A DNA stretch of 64,000 nt from Raja brachyura (taxonomy: Eukaryota), in the NCBI GenBank assembly GCA_963514005.1, contig OY740812.1, forward strand, positions 10,354,001 through 10,418,000. Reading direction: 5' to 3'. A program made the translations under genes and the position numbers. The notes below the pieces were generated by a model. That model did no database searches. It was not told the DNA's origin and saw nothing but the letters and a program-made list of their open reading frames with translations. How positions within the stretch are numbered: the stretch's first letter is position 1; every line of letters begins with the position of its first letter. Below are positions 18,434-29,929 of the stretch, piece after piece.

Positions 18434-19120
18434 ATATGATACGATGGCACTTTATTGTCAGACCGAGGTCTGAAATTTGTTTTTGCATACGTAAAATAAA
18501 GAACACAGCACACAATAGAGTCCAACATAAAACATCCCCACACAGCAGAATCGAAAAGTTTCCCACTGTGAGGGAAGGCACCGAAGTCAGTCACCTTCCT
18601 CTGATGTTCCTGATATGGGCAACCCGCCGCTCGTCGGGATGATGGAACGCTGGCGTCGGAACGGGAGGCCTACCTCAGCGGCTTGGACCCCCGAATCGTT
18701 CTCTTCCCACCGGAGTCCACGGCTCCAGACGTCCCCAGGACGGGCGGAGATTCACGCTGGCGGCCCTCGGCAAAGGGCCCCAGAGACTCCACGATATTGG
18801 AGTCAGCGCTGTCCGTGTCGCGAACCAGTGCTCCGCGATGTTGGAGCAGCGGGCCCAACGCTCCAGAGCTCCAAACGGCAATCCAGGCAGGTATCGCCCG
18901 CTCCGCGCCGCTGATCTGGTCTGGTCCCCGGTAGGAAACTCTGCTCCGATCCAGTGGTAGGTTGCGAGGAGGGGGGGGGGGGGGGGGGGCGAGGACACGA
19001 CTCGGGAGAAATAGTCTCAACACCGCCAAGGAAACGGTTCCCCTTTACCTTATCCCCCTCCCCCACACAGAACTAAAGAATCTCCAAAACAAACTGTTTA
19101 GACAAATTAAATTTTTTTTA
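18434..19120 (-). mobile_element. GC-rich non-autonomous retroposon (family uncertain)
   Basis: Minus-strand end AATAAAGTGCCATCGTATCATATC, a CpG-rich body with a G20 run, and sharp boundaries against AT-rich intron. Confidence 0.55.
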
Positions 19121-19157
19121 AAAGGACAGGAAAAATCTTAGTGATTTCCCTGCATAC

Positions 19158-20545
19158 GGTCATAAGGAATAAGAGCAGAATTAGGCCATTTCAGCCCATC
19201 AAGTCAGCTCCACTGTTCTGCCCCCCCCCCCCCCCCCCATTCTTCTAAACTCCAGCAAGAACAGACCCAGTGCCGACTAACACTTATCATAGGTTAACCT
19301 ACTAATTCATGGGGTCATTCTTGTAAACCTCCTCTGGACCCAGCACATCCTTCCTCAGATAAGGTGCCCAATATTGCTCACAATATTTCAAATGTGGCCT
19401 TACCAATTCCTTAGATCAAACAGCACAAGTTGTCTTACAACTTTAGGCTGTGCACGCCATACACAAGAAGTTCCTTAGAGCCTTTTGTATACAAGTCCTC
19501 TTCAAATAAATGCTAGCATTGAGTTTTCTTCCTTTACTACCGATTAGGCTTGCAGATTCACCTTTTGGGAATTTTGCGCCAGCACTCCCAAATCCCTTTG
19601 CACCTCCAATTTCTGGATTCTCACCCCATTTAGAAAATGGTCTATGCCTTCATTCCTACTACCAAAATGCATGACAACCCAGTTTGCTACACTATATTTC
19701 ATCTGCCACATTTCTCTGCCCACTCTCCCAACCTGTCCAAGTCCTTATGCAGAGTCCCTGCTTTATCCATGTGCAGGAAAGAACTGCAGATGCTGCTTTA
19801 AATTGAAGGTAGACACAGAATACTGGAGTAACTCAGAAGGACAGGCAACATCTCTGGGAAGCAATGTGTCTGAAGAAGGGTCTCGACCCGAAATGTCACC
19901 CATTCCTTCTCTCCAGAGATGCTGCCTGTCCCACTGAGTTACTCCAACATTTTGTGTCTACCCTGCTTTCTCTACATTACCTGCCCCCCCACCCATTTTC
20001 GTACCACCCACAAACTTTGGCACAAAACCTTCAAAATACAACACCGTTAAGAGTAGCAGGCGCAGCACCGATCCTTGCGGAACACCACTAGTCATTGGCA
20101 GCCAACCAGAAAAAGGCCCTGCATCGCCACTCTGTCTTCTGCCATCCAGCGATCCATGCTAGTATCTGCCCTTTAATACCGTGGGCTCTCATCTTCCTAA
20201 GCAGCCCAACATTTGGCACCTTATCAAACGCTTTCTGAAAATCAGTAAACATCATCTATTGACTCCCCTTTGTCTGTCCAGCTATTTACTTATTTCAAGA
20301 ATTCCAGCAAATTTGTCATGCAAGACCTTCCCTTCACAAAGCTATGCCGACTTTGGCCTATTTTATCGTGAACTTCTAAGTATTCCGTAACCTCATCCTT
20401 TATAATGGACTCTTACCAACCATCAAGATCTTACCAACCATCAAAGTCAGACTAATAGTTCCATTATTCAGCCTTGCTCCCTTCGTGCAGCGGGTAATAT
20501 TGGCAATTTTCCAATCTGGGACCATTCCTGACTCTAGTGATTCCT
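19158..20545 (-). mobile_element. Old CR1 RT/3' fragment interrupted by younger insertions (19414..19470; fold-back 19772..19961)
   Basis: CR1 3' tail and RT-region text (gttccgcaaggatcggtgctg, GVPQGSVL-like) on the minus strand. Confidence 0.7.
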
Positions 20546-21619
20546 GAAATATCTATACCTCTCCCTTTTCCCTCTTCTTCAAGCCTCCACCTTTTAAGCC
20601 AGCTCTGAATGGCTAACTGCAATGTTACATTTTTTAAATATCCAGTGTACCACCTGACCTTGCATTTCCAACAATGCAGTATTACAATTATGCAATATTG
20701 CAAGTAAACCAGCTTACAATTTCACATTTCCAACACAAAAAAGAAAAACAGCTTGCAATTATTTGGGAAAACTGCTGTTTTACATTTTTAAGTATTTTTT
20801 TTAAATTTAGGGCAACGGATTTCTCATGCACATTAACTTTCAACAAGTATTTGTTGACAAGTTAACATTTCATTCTAATAGCCAAATGACAGGCTACCCA
20901 CTGGGGAAAACATCAACAAGACATCACCAATAAGACTACTTTTAAAAACAAATGATTTGGAACAGACCATTTGATTCTAATCTAATTTTAATTAGACAAT
21001 TAGCTTCTTAAGTCATCCAGCAGCAAAGTACTAAGCAATAACTTGTTAATTGCCAAACTTAAATGTAACAATAACATTGTTCTCCTAATTCCAAGCACTG
21101 ATTCAATGTCAAAATTTACACCCCAAATTCATGAAATATGTTTTTCAAAATTTGTCAATAAAACAGTTAATTTCCCCCAAACCTTGACCTGTTTATTCCC
21201 ATTTCATACTCCACCTTCAACCACAACAAAACTTGGGGGAGACGAATACCTTTCACTGGCAAATGTAGCCTCAAGAATCGGGACAGATCTATTTTAAGAA
21301 GAATGTGGGCACTGAGTTCTTATCCAATTCAAGTCACATGTTAAGCAAACTTTTCAGTAGAGGAAAGTCACTCCCAACCAGACCATTGCACAACCTATGG
21401 GAGAAAGTGTTTACTGCCTAGTATCACCGTGGACACATCACAGGAAGTTAAACAAAAAGACATGCCTGCTCTCCGACTAACTTTTGACGAATTAAAAACT
21501 TTTTTTTTTCATGAAAATAAGAAAAACAGCACAACTCATGTTGCCATCAAACCCATACATGCAGTTATAATACACCGATACTGCCCACGTTTCCTCTTCA
21601 AACTACAGGCCCATAAAGT

Positions 21620-22070
21620 GCTTGGTCAGGCCGCCACCATGCCCGCTTCCTGGATGATGCTGGAGTCGAGATCGCCCCACCCCGGAGGCCAGCGGATATC
21701 CGGGCGGGCGGCTGGGCCTAAGCCTCTCGCCCCTCTCTGGCTCATTTCACTTCACCTTTCGGACGACGCCCAGTATCCTCGCCTCCCTTTCCTTCCCGCG
21801 ACTTGTCGGACATCCCAGCAGAGAGCGGGACCCTTACCTCCGGCGCGGTTCGTTCCTTCTGTCTCTCCTTCGCTCGCCTTCCTCCTAACCGTCACTGCCG
21901 GATGAACCGTCCACCGCTTGCTGCACTTCCCCCCCAGTGACGCCGTACGTACGTGCGTGCGTGCTGACTTTATACGTGGGCGTCAACGGCCCGCTCCGCC
22001 AATCTGCGGCCGCCGTGCCAACGCCTTGTCGGCAGCCTTCAGATTGGTCTTTCCCGGCCAATCCTTGTCT
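21620..22070 (-). promoter_or_regulatory. CpG-island promoter of ARF
   Basis: CpG-rich. Minus-strand TATAAAG at 21968..21974; CCAAT boxes at 21999, 22043 and 22058; ETS GGAAGTG at 21924..21930; TGACG half-sites and ACGTG cores. Confidence 0.8.
21838..21940 (-). other. ARF2: Non-coding exon 1 of ARF (TSS approximate)
   Basis: Strong donor GAG|GTAAGG at 21837 inside the CpG island, just downstream of a minus-strand TATAAAG. No ATG in the exon. Class I ARF genes have a non-coding first exon. Confidence 0.75.
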
Positions 22071-22288
22071 TAATCATAGTTGCCTCAGCCTGATGCGTTC
22101 AGTCACACTGAGGGGCAGAGACTAGCTGGCTTCATCATACGTGTTGCAGCAGAGTTGCCTGATGCGCTCAGTCACACTGAGGGGCAGAGACCAAAGATAT
22201 TTGGCAGAGACTGGCTTGCTTAATCATACGTGTTACAGCAGAGTTGCCTGATGCACTCAGTCACACTGAGGCAGAGACTAGCTGGCTT
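22070..22288. repeat. Local tandem repeat (3 units here, 4th at 23494..23552), split by a Penelope insertion
   Basis: TAATCATA...GCCTGATGCGCTCAGTCACACTGAGGGGCAGAGAC(TAGCTGGCT) recurs. Confidence 0.85.
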
Positions 22289-23493
22289 CTCCCACCCTAC
22301 TTCCTGTAAGGACTACTCTTCCTCCCACCCTGCTTCCTGTAAGGACTCCATCCCCTATTCCCAATTCCTCCGTCTACGCCGCATCTGCTCCCAGGATGAC
22401 GTGTTCCACACCAGGTCATCACAAATGTCCTCGTTCCTTCAGAGAATGGGGATTCCCCTCCCCCACTATAGATGAGGCTCGCACCAGGGTCTCCTCCATA
22501 CCCCGCAACACTGCACTCTCTCCCCATTCTCCCACTCACAACAAGGGCAGAGTACCCCTGGTCCTCACCTTTCACCCCACCAGCCAGCGCATACAACAGA
22601 TAGTCCTCCGCCAGTTTCGCCACCTCCAACGTGACCCCTCCACTCGCCACATCTTCCCATCTCCCCCCCATCTGCCTTCCGCAAAGACCGCTCCCTCCGC
22701 AACTCCATTGTCAATTCTTCCCTTCCCTCCCGCTCCACCCCTTCCCCGGGCACTTTCCCTTGCAACCGCAAGAGATGATACACTTGTCCCTTCACCTCCC
22801 CCATCCACTCCTTTCAGGGGCCCAAGCAGTCCTTCCAAGTCCGACAGAGGTTCACCTGCACCTCCTCCAACCTCATCTACTGCATCCGTTGCTCCAGATG
22901 CCAGCTGATCTACATCGGTGAGACCAAGCGGAGGCTGGGCGATCGTTTCGCCGAACACCTCCGCTCGGTCCGCAATAACCAACCCGACCTCCCGGTGGCT
23001 CAGCACTTCAACTCCCCCTCCCATTCCGTATCCGACCTCTCGGTCCTGGGCCTCCTCCACGGCCAGAGTGAGCAACACCGCAAGTTGGAGGAACAGCACC
23101 ACATATTCCGCTTGGAGAGTCTGCATCCTCTGGGCTTAAACATTGAATTTTCTCAATTCTGTTAACCCAGGCTGCCTCCTCCCCTTCCCACCTCTCCCTC
23201 AGCCCTCGGGCCCTGGCATTCCTTCTCTCTTTATCTCTTCCCCCACCCAAGTCGCACTAGTTTCTCATTTTCACACTACAAACAGCTTACGATGGCCTGT
23301 TTCCTTTATCATTGATACTTTTTTGCATATCTTTCATTCATTGTTCTTTATCTCTCCACATCACCATCTATATCTCTCGTTTCCCTGATCCCTGACTAGT
23401 CTGAAGAAGGGTCTCGACCCAAAACGTCGCCTATCTCCTTCGCTCCTTAGATGCTGTTGCACCCGCTGAGTTTCTCCAGCTTTTTGTGTAACC
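22289..23493 (+). mobile_element. Penelope-like element, 5'-truncated (RT C-terminus, GIY-YIG endonuclease, pLTR)
   Basis: Frameshifted ORF pieces: SSHPASCKDSIPYSQFLRLRRICS and FTCTSSNLIYCIRCSRCQLIYIGETKRRLGDRFAEH. Hammerhead core at 23401. 7-bp TSD CTGGCTT at 22282 and 23494. Confidence 0.92.
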
Positions 23494-23660
23494 CTGGCTT
23501 AATCATATATTTGCCTCAGCCTGATGCACTCTGTCACACTGAGGGGCAGAGACCGGTGGGGACATCCCTCAAACAAGGGAAGGAATGTCACTGCAGGGAG
23601 CTACATAAGGGTTTAAAGATCGGTGCGAACACTACTCAATATGACAGTATAGGCAGTGAG

Positions 23661-23895
23661 AGTTGAAGAGTTTTTAGTTTTATATACTTTATACTGAATA
23701 AAGTTTACTTTTGGAAATAAAAAGTCAATGGATGCCCACATGAAATCAAATTTAGCCAGAATGTCACGACAATATGTTGAAGAGTTTTTTTGTGTCGTTT
23801 TTTTAAATATATTTTTTAATTCTGCATACAGTTTATTTTTGGAAATAACAAGTCAAAGGGAGACCATGTGAAATCAAGTTTAACCAGTATGTCAC
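23661..23895. repeat. Diverged tandem duplication, ~116-bp period
   Basis: GTTGAAGAGTTTTT...TTTTGGAAATAA.AAGTCAA...TGAAATCAA.TTTA.CCAG.ATGTCAC occurs twice. Confidence 0.75.
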
Positions 23896-26800
23896 TTTGT
23901 TCGCAGTTATTAAATATTATCCCAATTGGTTTGGTTTTACTTTAAGAATGTTAGGCAAACCTGAAGGGTCTCGACCCGAAACGTCGCCTATCTCCTTCAC
24001 TCCTTAAATGCTGCTGCGCCCGCTGAGTTTCTCCAGCCTTTTGTGTAACCCTCAACCAATCTTGCCCAAGTTCCTTCCCTGAAAGACCAGTCAAGAATGT
24101 TTCATTATCATATGTTCCAAAAAACGAAACAATTAAATTCTTATTTAGAGCAGCATAGATAATATAGACCACCCAAGAATGTCAATTGTAGTGAAATCTT
24201 AGGGATTGTAACATCCAGTCCTACTAATCAATCTAATAAACAAAAAAAACACAATAAATGAATAACCACATTATGAGTGTGAACAATTTCTATACAAATG
24301 TATGATATTAAAAAATATCATACAATTAACTTGGAGGAAGGGAGAATACATTTGAGAGTTCAATGTTGGGTTTACTAATCATATTCTTGCTTGTTCAACA
24401 TCAGGCTACACTGGAAATATAAACTTAACATCAATGTTATCATTCCGTGTTGAGGAATGCTACAGCATTTCTGCTAATTTTTAATATATGCTGGAGATAG
24501 TCAGCAGGCCAAGATTCCTCCGGGAAGAAAGCTGATGTTTCAGGCCAAAGAGCTTTTGTCAGAACTGTGAAGAAGATTAAAGAAGGTTGTTAAACTGCAG
24601 AGTGGATAGGGTAGAGGTGATGTCTCTGATAGGATAAAGAGCAGTCCGACATAATTCTAGACTTAAGCGTTCTTCATCAAGTACACTTGCTTTTTGGAAT
24701 TTAATATCGAAACTCCTATCATGTGTTCCAGATCTTAACATTCCGATGAAAAATATTTGTCCCTCACTTCCACTCCAGCTCTATTGCAATTTTTAAATCA
24801 GTGACCTTCAGTTACAAATCCTTTTCCCATAGGAAACAAAATTCTCTCTGCTTCCTCCATCAAAATCTCTCATGATTTTGAATACTACTGTTAAATTTAA
24901 AGTCTGAAGAATGATCCCGATCCGAAACGTCATCTATCCATGTTCTCTCAAGATGTTGCCTGATCTACTGAGTTACTTCAGCATTTGTGTATTTTAAAAT
25001 TAATTCCACCCACCACCCCTTTTGACCTTTCCAATAGGCTCTCCACAGAAGTTACATGACTCAACGATTTCTCCCTGACAAACCTCTTCTGCACTCCCTG
25101 AATATTTTCTCATAGGAATTGTACGTAATATTCCATATAAAACCAGTGATTTGTAAAGTTTTGCCTCGTCAACATAGCCAAGCGATCTGTTTTCCCAAAC
25201 ATGTTCTCAACTTTCCTACTCTCAGGTCCTCTTGTCATTGCACTTCCTTAATGTAGTTACATTTTAGGTTCAACTACAACGTAGTTAATATTGTCTTGTG
25301 TACCTAGGCTCAATTAAAAGCTTTTTTTGCACGCTGTCTAATCATATCAGATAATACTATACATAAATACAAGCATGTCAAACCAAAGTACAATTGGTAG
25401 AGCAAATGGGAAGATACAGGGTGCAGAATATAGTTCTCACCGTTGTAATGTATTCCCCAGATAAAGTCCAATGCTTGCATGACGTAGAGGTGAATCTCTA
25501 CCCCATTGAAAGCAGGAGGGAATTTAATTTATAAAAGACACATAGTACCCTGGCTTATGGAAGTGTTTGGGTTTTTACTTTATATTGCCTCTCCGTGTTG
25601 TTTTTTTCCTATCTAATTTTTTATGTTGATAATCCAGCTTGTAGCTCCTATGTCCAGTTGATAATTAGTAAGCATAAAGTGCAAAAAACAAACTGCTGGA
25701 GGAACACAGCGGGCCAGGCCAGGTAGCATCTGTCTGTTCTGCTGAGTTCCTCCAACAGTTTGTTCGTTGCTCAAGATTCCAGCATCTGCAGTCTTTGTGT
25801 CTTCAGGAATAATTAAGTGCCAGTTCCTTTGTTATTTTTTTCCTTCATACTGATTTTTTAAAACGTTTTATTTGACTTTTGAAAATCAAAAAAACAAATG
25901 CAGATGCTGAAAATTGGAAATAAAAACATCATTCCACAAATGCTGCCTAACCTGCTGAAGGTTATAATATTTTCCTGGCTTTGTTTTATTATGTCTGTGT
26001 CTGTGAGAGATTAAAGAGTAACATCTTGTGTTACGCAATGTGATGTAGGACACAAAACTTTTGATGTTGCACATGAAAGAATTTGCATGAATCATGAATA
26101 ATTAAATGCATAGGCAAGAGTTACTTTATGGCAAATTGCCTTCAAAATAGATTGCTTAATATAGCAACAGTGTGACTTTATTTCCTTTGTACTGAGATCC
26201 AGCAGTATAGTGTTGAGTGGTGTGATTTCAAAATATGTTTCAATTTGAATGGTGCAAAATGGCTACCGAATAATAATGTAAAATACAAAAAAAAAGCATG
26301 CTTCTCAATCAAGGTCGGTGATTTTAGTTAAATGAATTGGACTGAATATTAAGTCAATTTTCTCAGCAGCTTAGATGTTTGTAATCCATCCCAGCCTTAA
26401 TGCTGAGCCATTGACAGCCTGCATTGGTACACGGTTGGCTTAGCTATGTAGAAACCAGCTGTTAAACCGCGGCCATATTATGCAATGTTTGTGGGTCTAG
26501 ATTTGATGTCTAGCTCGACTCTGACTTCTGCACTGCAATATACAGGCACTGAAGTCAGAAGTGAGATGACTCATGACTTTCCACGGAAATGGTGGCAAAA
26601 ACAGAGTAAACTTCAGACAAGCATGTCCATTTGCCTCTCATTTTTAAAATGGAGTGCACAATATTTGGATTTCTGAATACTGTTGAGCCACACAAATCAT
26701 GGAGAATTGGAATATTACAAACACCTTCTACTCCAGAAGATGGAATATACCTTTGTGCGGTCACCACAAAGTTTGCACAGAGGACACATTGTTGTTGTAT

Positions 26801-26965
26801 GGTCCTTACTCTTTAGAACCCTTATTTTGCAGTTCATGCATGAATTGGTCAATATCATTAATTATTCTATCCTTTCAGATGCCCTTACAATTCTCTATCA
26901 TCACCAAGGTCCTTTAGACATACATGTACCTCCCTACTTCAGCCCTTTTTCATCTCAACTTCATC

Positions 26966-28914
26966 TTTTTTTAAAATATATATTTTTATTAGAAGCAATG
27001 CATATTACCAATGATATAACAGTTTTTTAAATACATATTTAACTTGTTTCAAGAGTTATACAAATATTACAAAATGATTTATGTAAGCTTCTATTTTTTT
27101 TTAGAAAGTAAAGAAGTAAAAGAATAGGTGTATAATCAACGAAGATGGAGATTAAATAATATTGATTATGATTAGATAAGAATTTTTTTTTAAACAAAAA
27201 AAAACAATAAAAATAAAAATAAAAAATAATACAAGCAACCAATTATTATATAATAAATAAAAGATTAAAGTATACATCTTAACAATGAATGGAACAATTT
27301 CACATAACAATTTCTATAGAGACGTGTATACAAATCTCAAAATAGATCATTTCATCTAATCCTACAACGGGGTATTTGTTGAGTTACTATGCTGAGCTCA
27401 GCTACCCCTTCATATAGTCAGTGAATGGAGACTATATTTGTTCAAAAAGTTCATATTTGTCCATTATGAAAAACCTCATTCTCTCCAAATGCAACGTCTC
27501 CGACATTTCCACAGTCCACATTTTAATTGTGGGGGATAATGTTCCCTTCCAGAATTTTAATATTAATTTTTTTCCAATTATCAAACAGTAATCAAGGAAT
27601 TTTCTTTGATTTACTGTTAATATTAGGTTTGAATCTGAAACTCCTAATATTATTAGCTTTGGGTCGGGATCCAATTTGATTTTAAGAACTACAGAAATTA
27701 TTTTAAAAATATCGGTCCAATAACTATTAAGTTGTATACATGTTACAAAACTATGCGTTAAATTAGCTTCTGAATTCTGACATTTATCACAAATAGAGGA
27801 GATGTTAGGAAAAATTCTATTTAATTTTGTTTTTGAATAATGTAATCTATGTAATACTTTGAATTGTATCAAGGTATGTCTGGCATTGAACAAACAATGG
27901 TGTATACGTTGTTGACTTTCTTTTCAAATATCTTTCATTATAGATAAGCCTGTTTCATTTTTCCATAATTGGCGGTATGATTCTGTTGTTGGAATTTCCC
28001 TATCCAAAAGAGTATTATATATATACGCTATTAGTTTTTCTGTATTTGGGTGCTTGTTAAGCAATTCATCCAGTAATCCTGGTTCCCTATTTTTATAGTC
28101 TTGCATGTTTGACTTAATGTAGTCTCTGATTTGTAAATACCTAAACAAGTTATTTTGATGCAATCCGTAGATATCTTTTAACTCTTGAAATGAGAGAAAT
28201 TTTCCTTTCCTGTAAAGGTGTTCTATCCTTATAATTCCTAATTTTAAAGTGTGCTTGCGCGGATATTATAGCACCACGCATAAAGGCTTTAAATGTGTCC
28301 CAAAGAAGTGACGAAGAAATTCCAGGTTTGTCATTAGTCTCAAAAGATAATTTAATCTGTTTTACCAGATAATCATAACAAGCCTTATCATTTAAAATTT
28401 GAGGGTTGAGTCTCAATTGGGAGTATTTATTAGTTTTAATTTTATCTTAAAAAATAATTAATTTTTATTTATTTTATCTTAAATGTTAATGGGGCATGAT
28501 CCGAAATAATAATATTATGATATTTTGAATCATACGTGAATGGAATTAACTTTGAATCTATTAAAAAATAATCTATCCTTGAGTAGGTTCCAAATACCGG
28601 AGAGTAAAATGAGTATTCCCGACCAGAGGGATTATCCGTTCTCCAGACATCCTTAACATTTGCGGTGTTAATAAAAGAATTTATGAGTTCACTTGATTTA
28701 GATATTGCTTTCCTTTTAGTTGATGATCTATCTAGATAATTATCTAAAGTACAATTTAAATCACCCCCGATTATTAGATTATGTTGTGTACCTATAGGAA
28801 TAGTATTAAATATTTTCTTAAAAAACAACGGATTATCGAAGTTTGGTCCATATATGTTCATAAGAACGACTTTCTTTGAATATAATTCACCCGTAATTAT
28901 TATGTATCTACCCT
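26966..28914 (-). mobile_element. L1-clade LINE copy A: partial APE endonuclease plus C-terminus/3' UTR, RT deleted
   Basis: NIYGPN...GGDLN...SRIDYFL...SDHAP, cysteine-rich CDKC...HSFVTC, AATAAA and A-tail. Highly similar to 52870..56362. Confidence 0.93.
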
Positions 28915-29929
28915 CAAATAAACTGCAGGCAAATCAAATCACTGAGGACCTATATTCAACATTCAAAGGATCAGAACTCAGTTCTGAATATAGTTCAGTT
29001 GTGTGCTTGGCAGCTAAATGCGGTTATAGAATGGACAGTTGAACCATTCATCAATTAACATGTTCTATCCATTGTGAAGGACATGCGTGTGTGTGCCTGT
29101 GAGTATATAATTGACTACACCACCTGCAATTGAACACCTTGTCATCATTGATAGGAGTCACTCATAAACAGATTGCTGAGATACAAAACAATGAATAATG
29201 GAAGACATCGGTAAAACATAGACCGAGGTTGTGTAAAACAAGAGTCAGGTCTCCCTCAGTGCGAGTTTTTGTCACGGAATTCCAAAAAAAATTTGATCAA
29301 TGAGTGTAGAAGCAAGAGCAGTAAGAGTTAACCAATTATATTGATGAAAGTAAAAGAAAGAGCAGTAAGAGTTAACCATTTAAACTATATGGGTTGTAAG
29401 GGAAAACTAAAGAGATGCAAGTTCAGGAGTCTTTTGTGAACATTATGGAATTACTTTATCCTGGTGTATTACCATCAACTTGCACAAATGCAGCACCTTT
29501 AACATTGTGTCAACCATTTTGCACTGATACCAAACTGAGGAAGGGCAAGAGGATGAAGGGTTCTTTTCAGATAACTGAACGTGGGGCTTCAAAAATGTGA
29601 AGACTTGATAAGAGGAAGTGTTTTCAAATGGTACAAAACTAGACAAGATTGCAGAGACAGGAAGGAATCAAGGCCACAGAATAAATTAAGTGTAAAAATG
29701 TTAAAGTCAAGGCTTTCAGGGACCACAAGCTAAATGCAATCAGTGAGCAGGGTTAATGGATGGTTGGAACAGCAGCAATATGAGTACATTTAAAAAAGGG
29801 CAGAAGATAGGAAGTCTACCAGTAGAGAATTAGAATAGTTAAGTCTGGAAGTAAGGGGATGACGGTTGGACGTTTCAAAGTGGACGGGCTGAGGTCGTGG
29901 AACATACAGGCAATATTAGCCACGATGCA

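Noticed and set aside
18615-19066. Overlapping GC-rich ORFs suggesting a gene or promoter
   Set aside because: Stop-codon scarcity in a GC-rich TE, with no protein motifs.
22070-22288. Repeat units superficially like a CRISPR array or hammerhead (CTGATG)
   Set aside because: Eukaryotic context, no unique spacers or cas genes, and CTGATGC lacks the GA and GAAA core.
26631-26816. ORF with PEDGIYLCAV resembling an Ig/TCR V-domain motif
   Set aside because: Spacing does not fit D-x-G/A-x-Y-x-C, and there is no first Cys/Trp framework or RSS.
29314-29378. 21-bp direct repeat AAGAGCAGTAAGAGTTAACCA
   Set aside because: Simple local duplication with no element between the copies.
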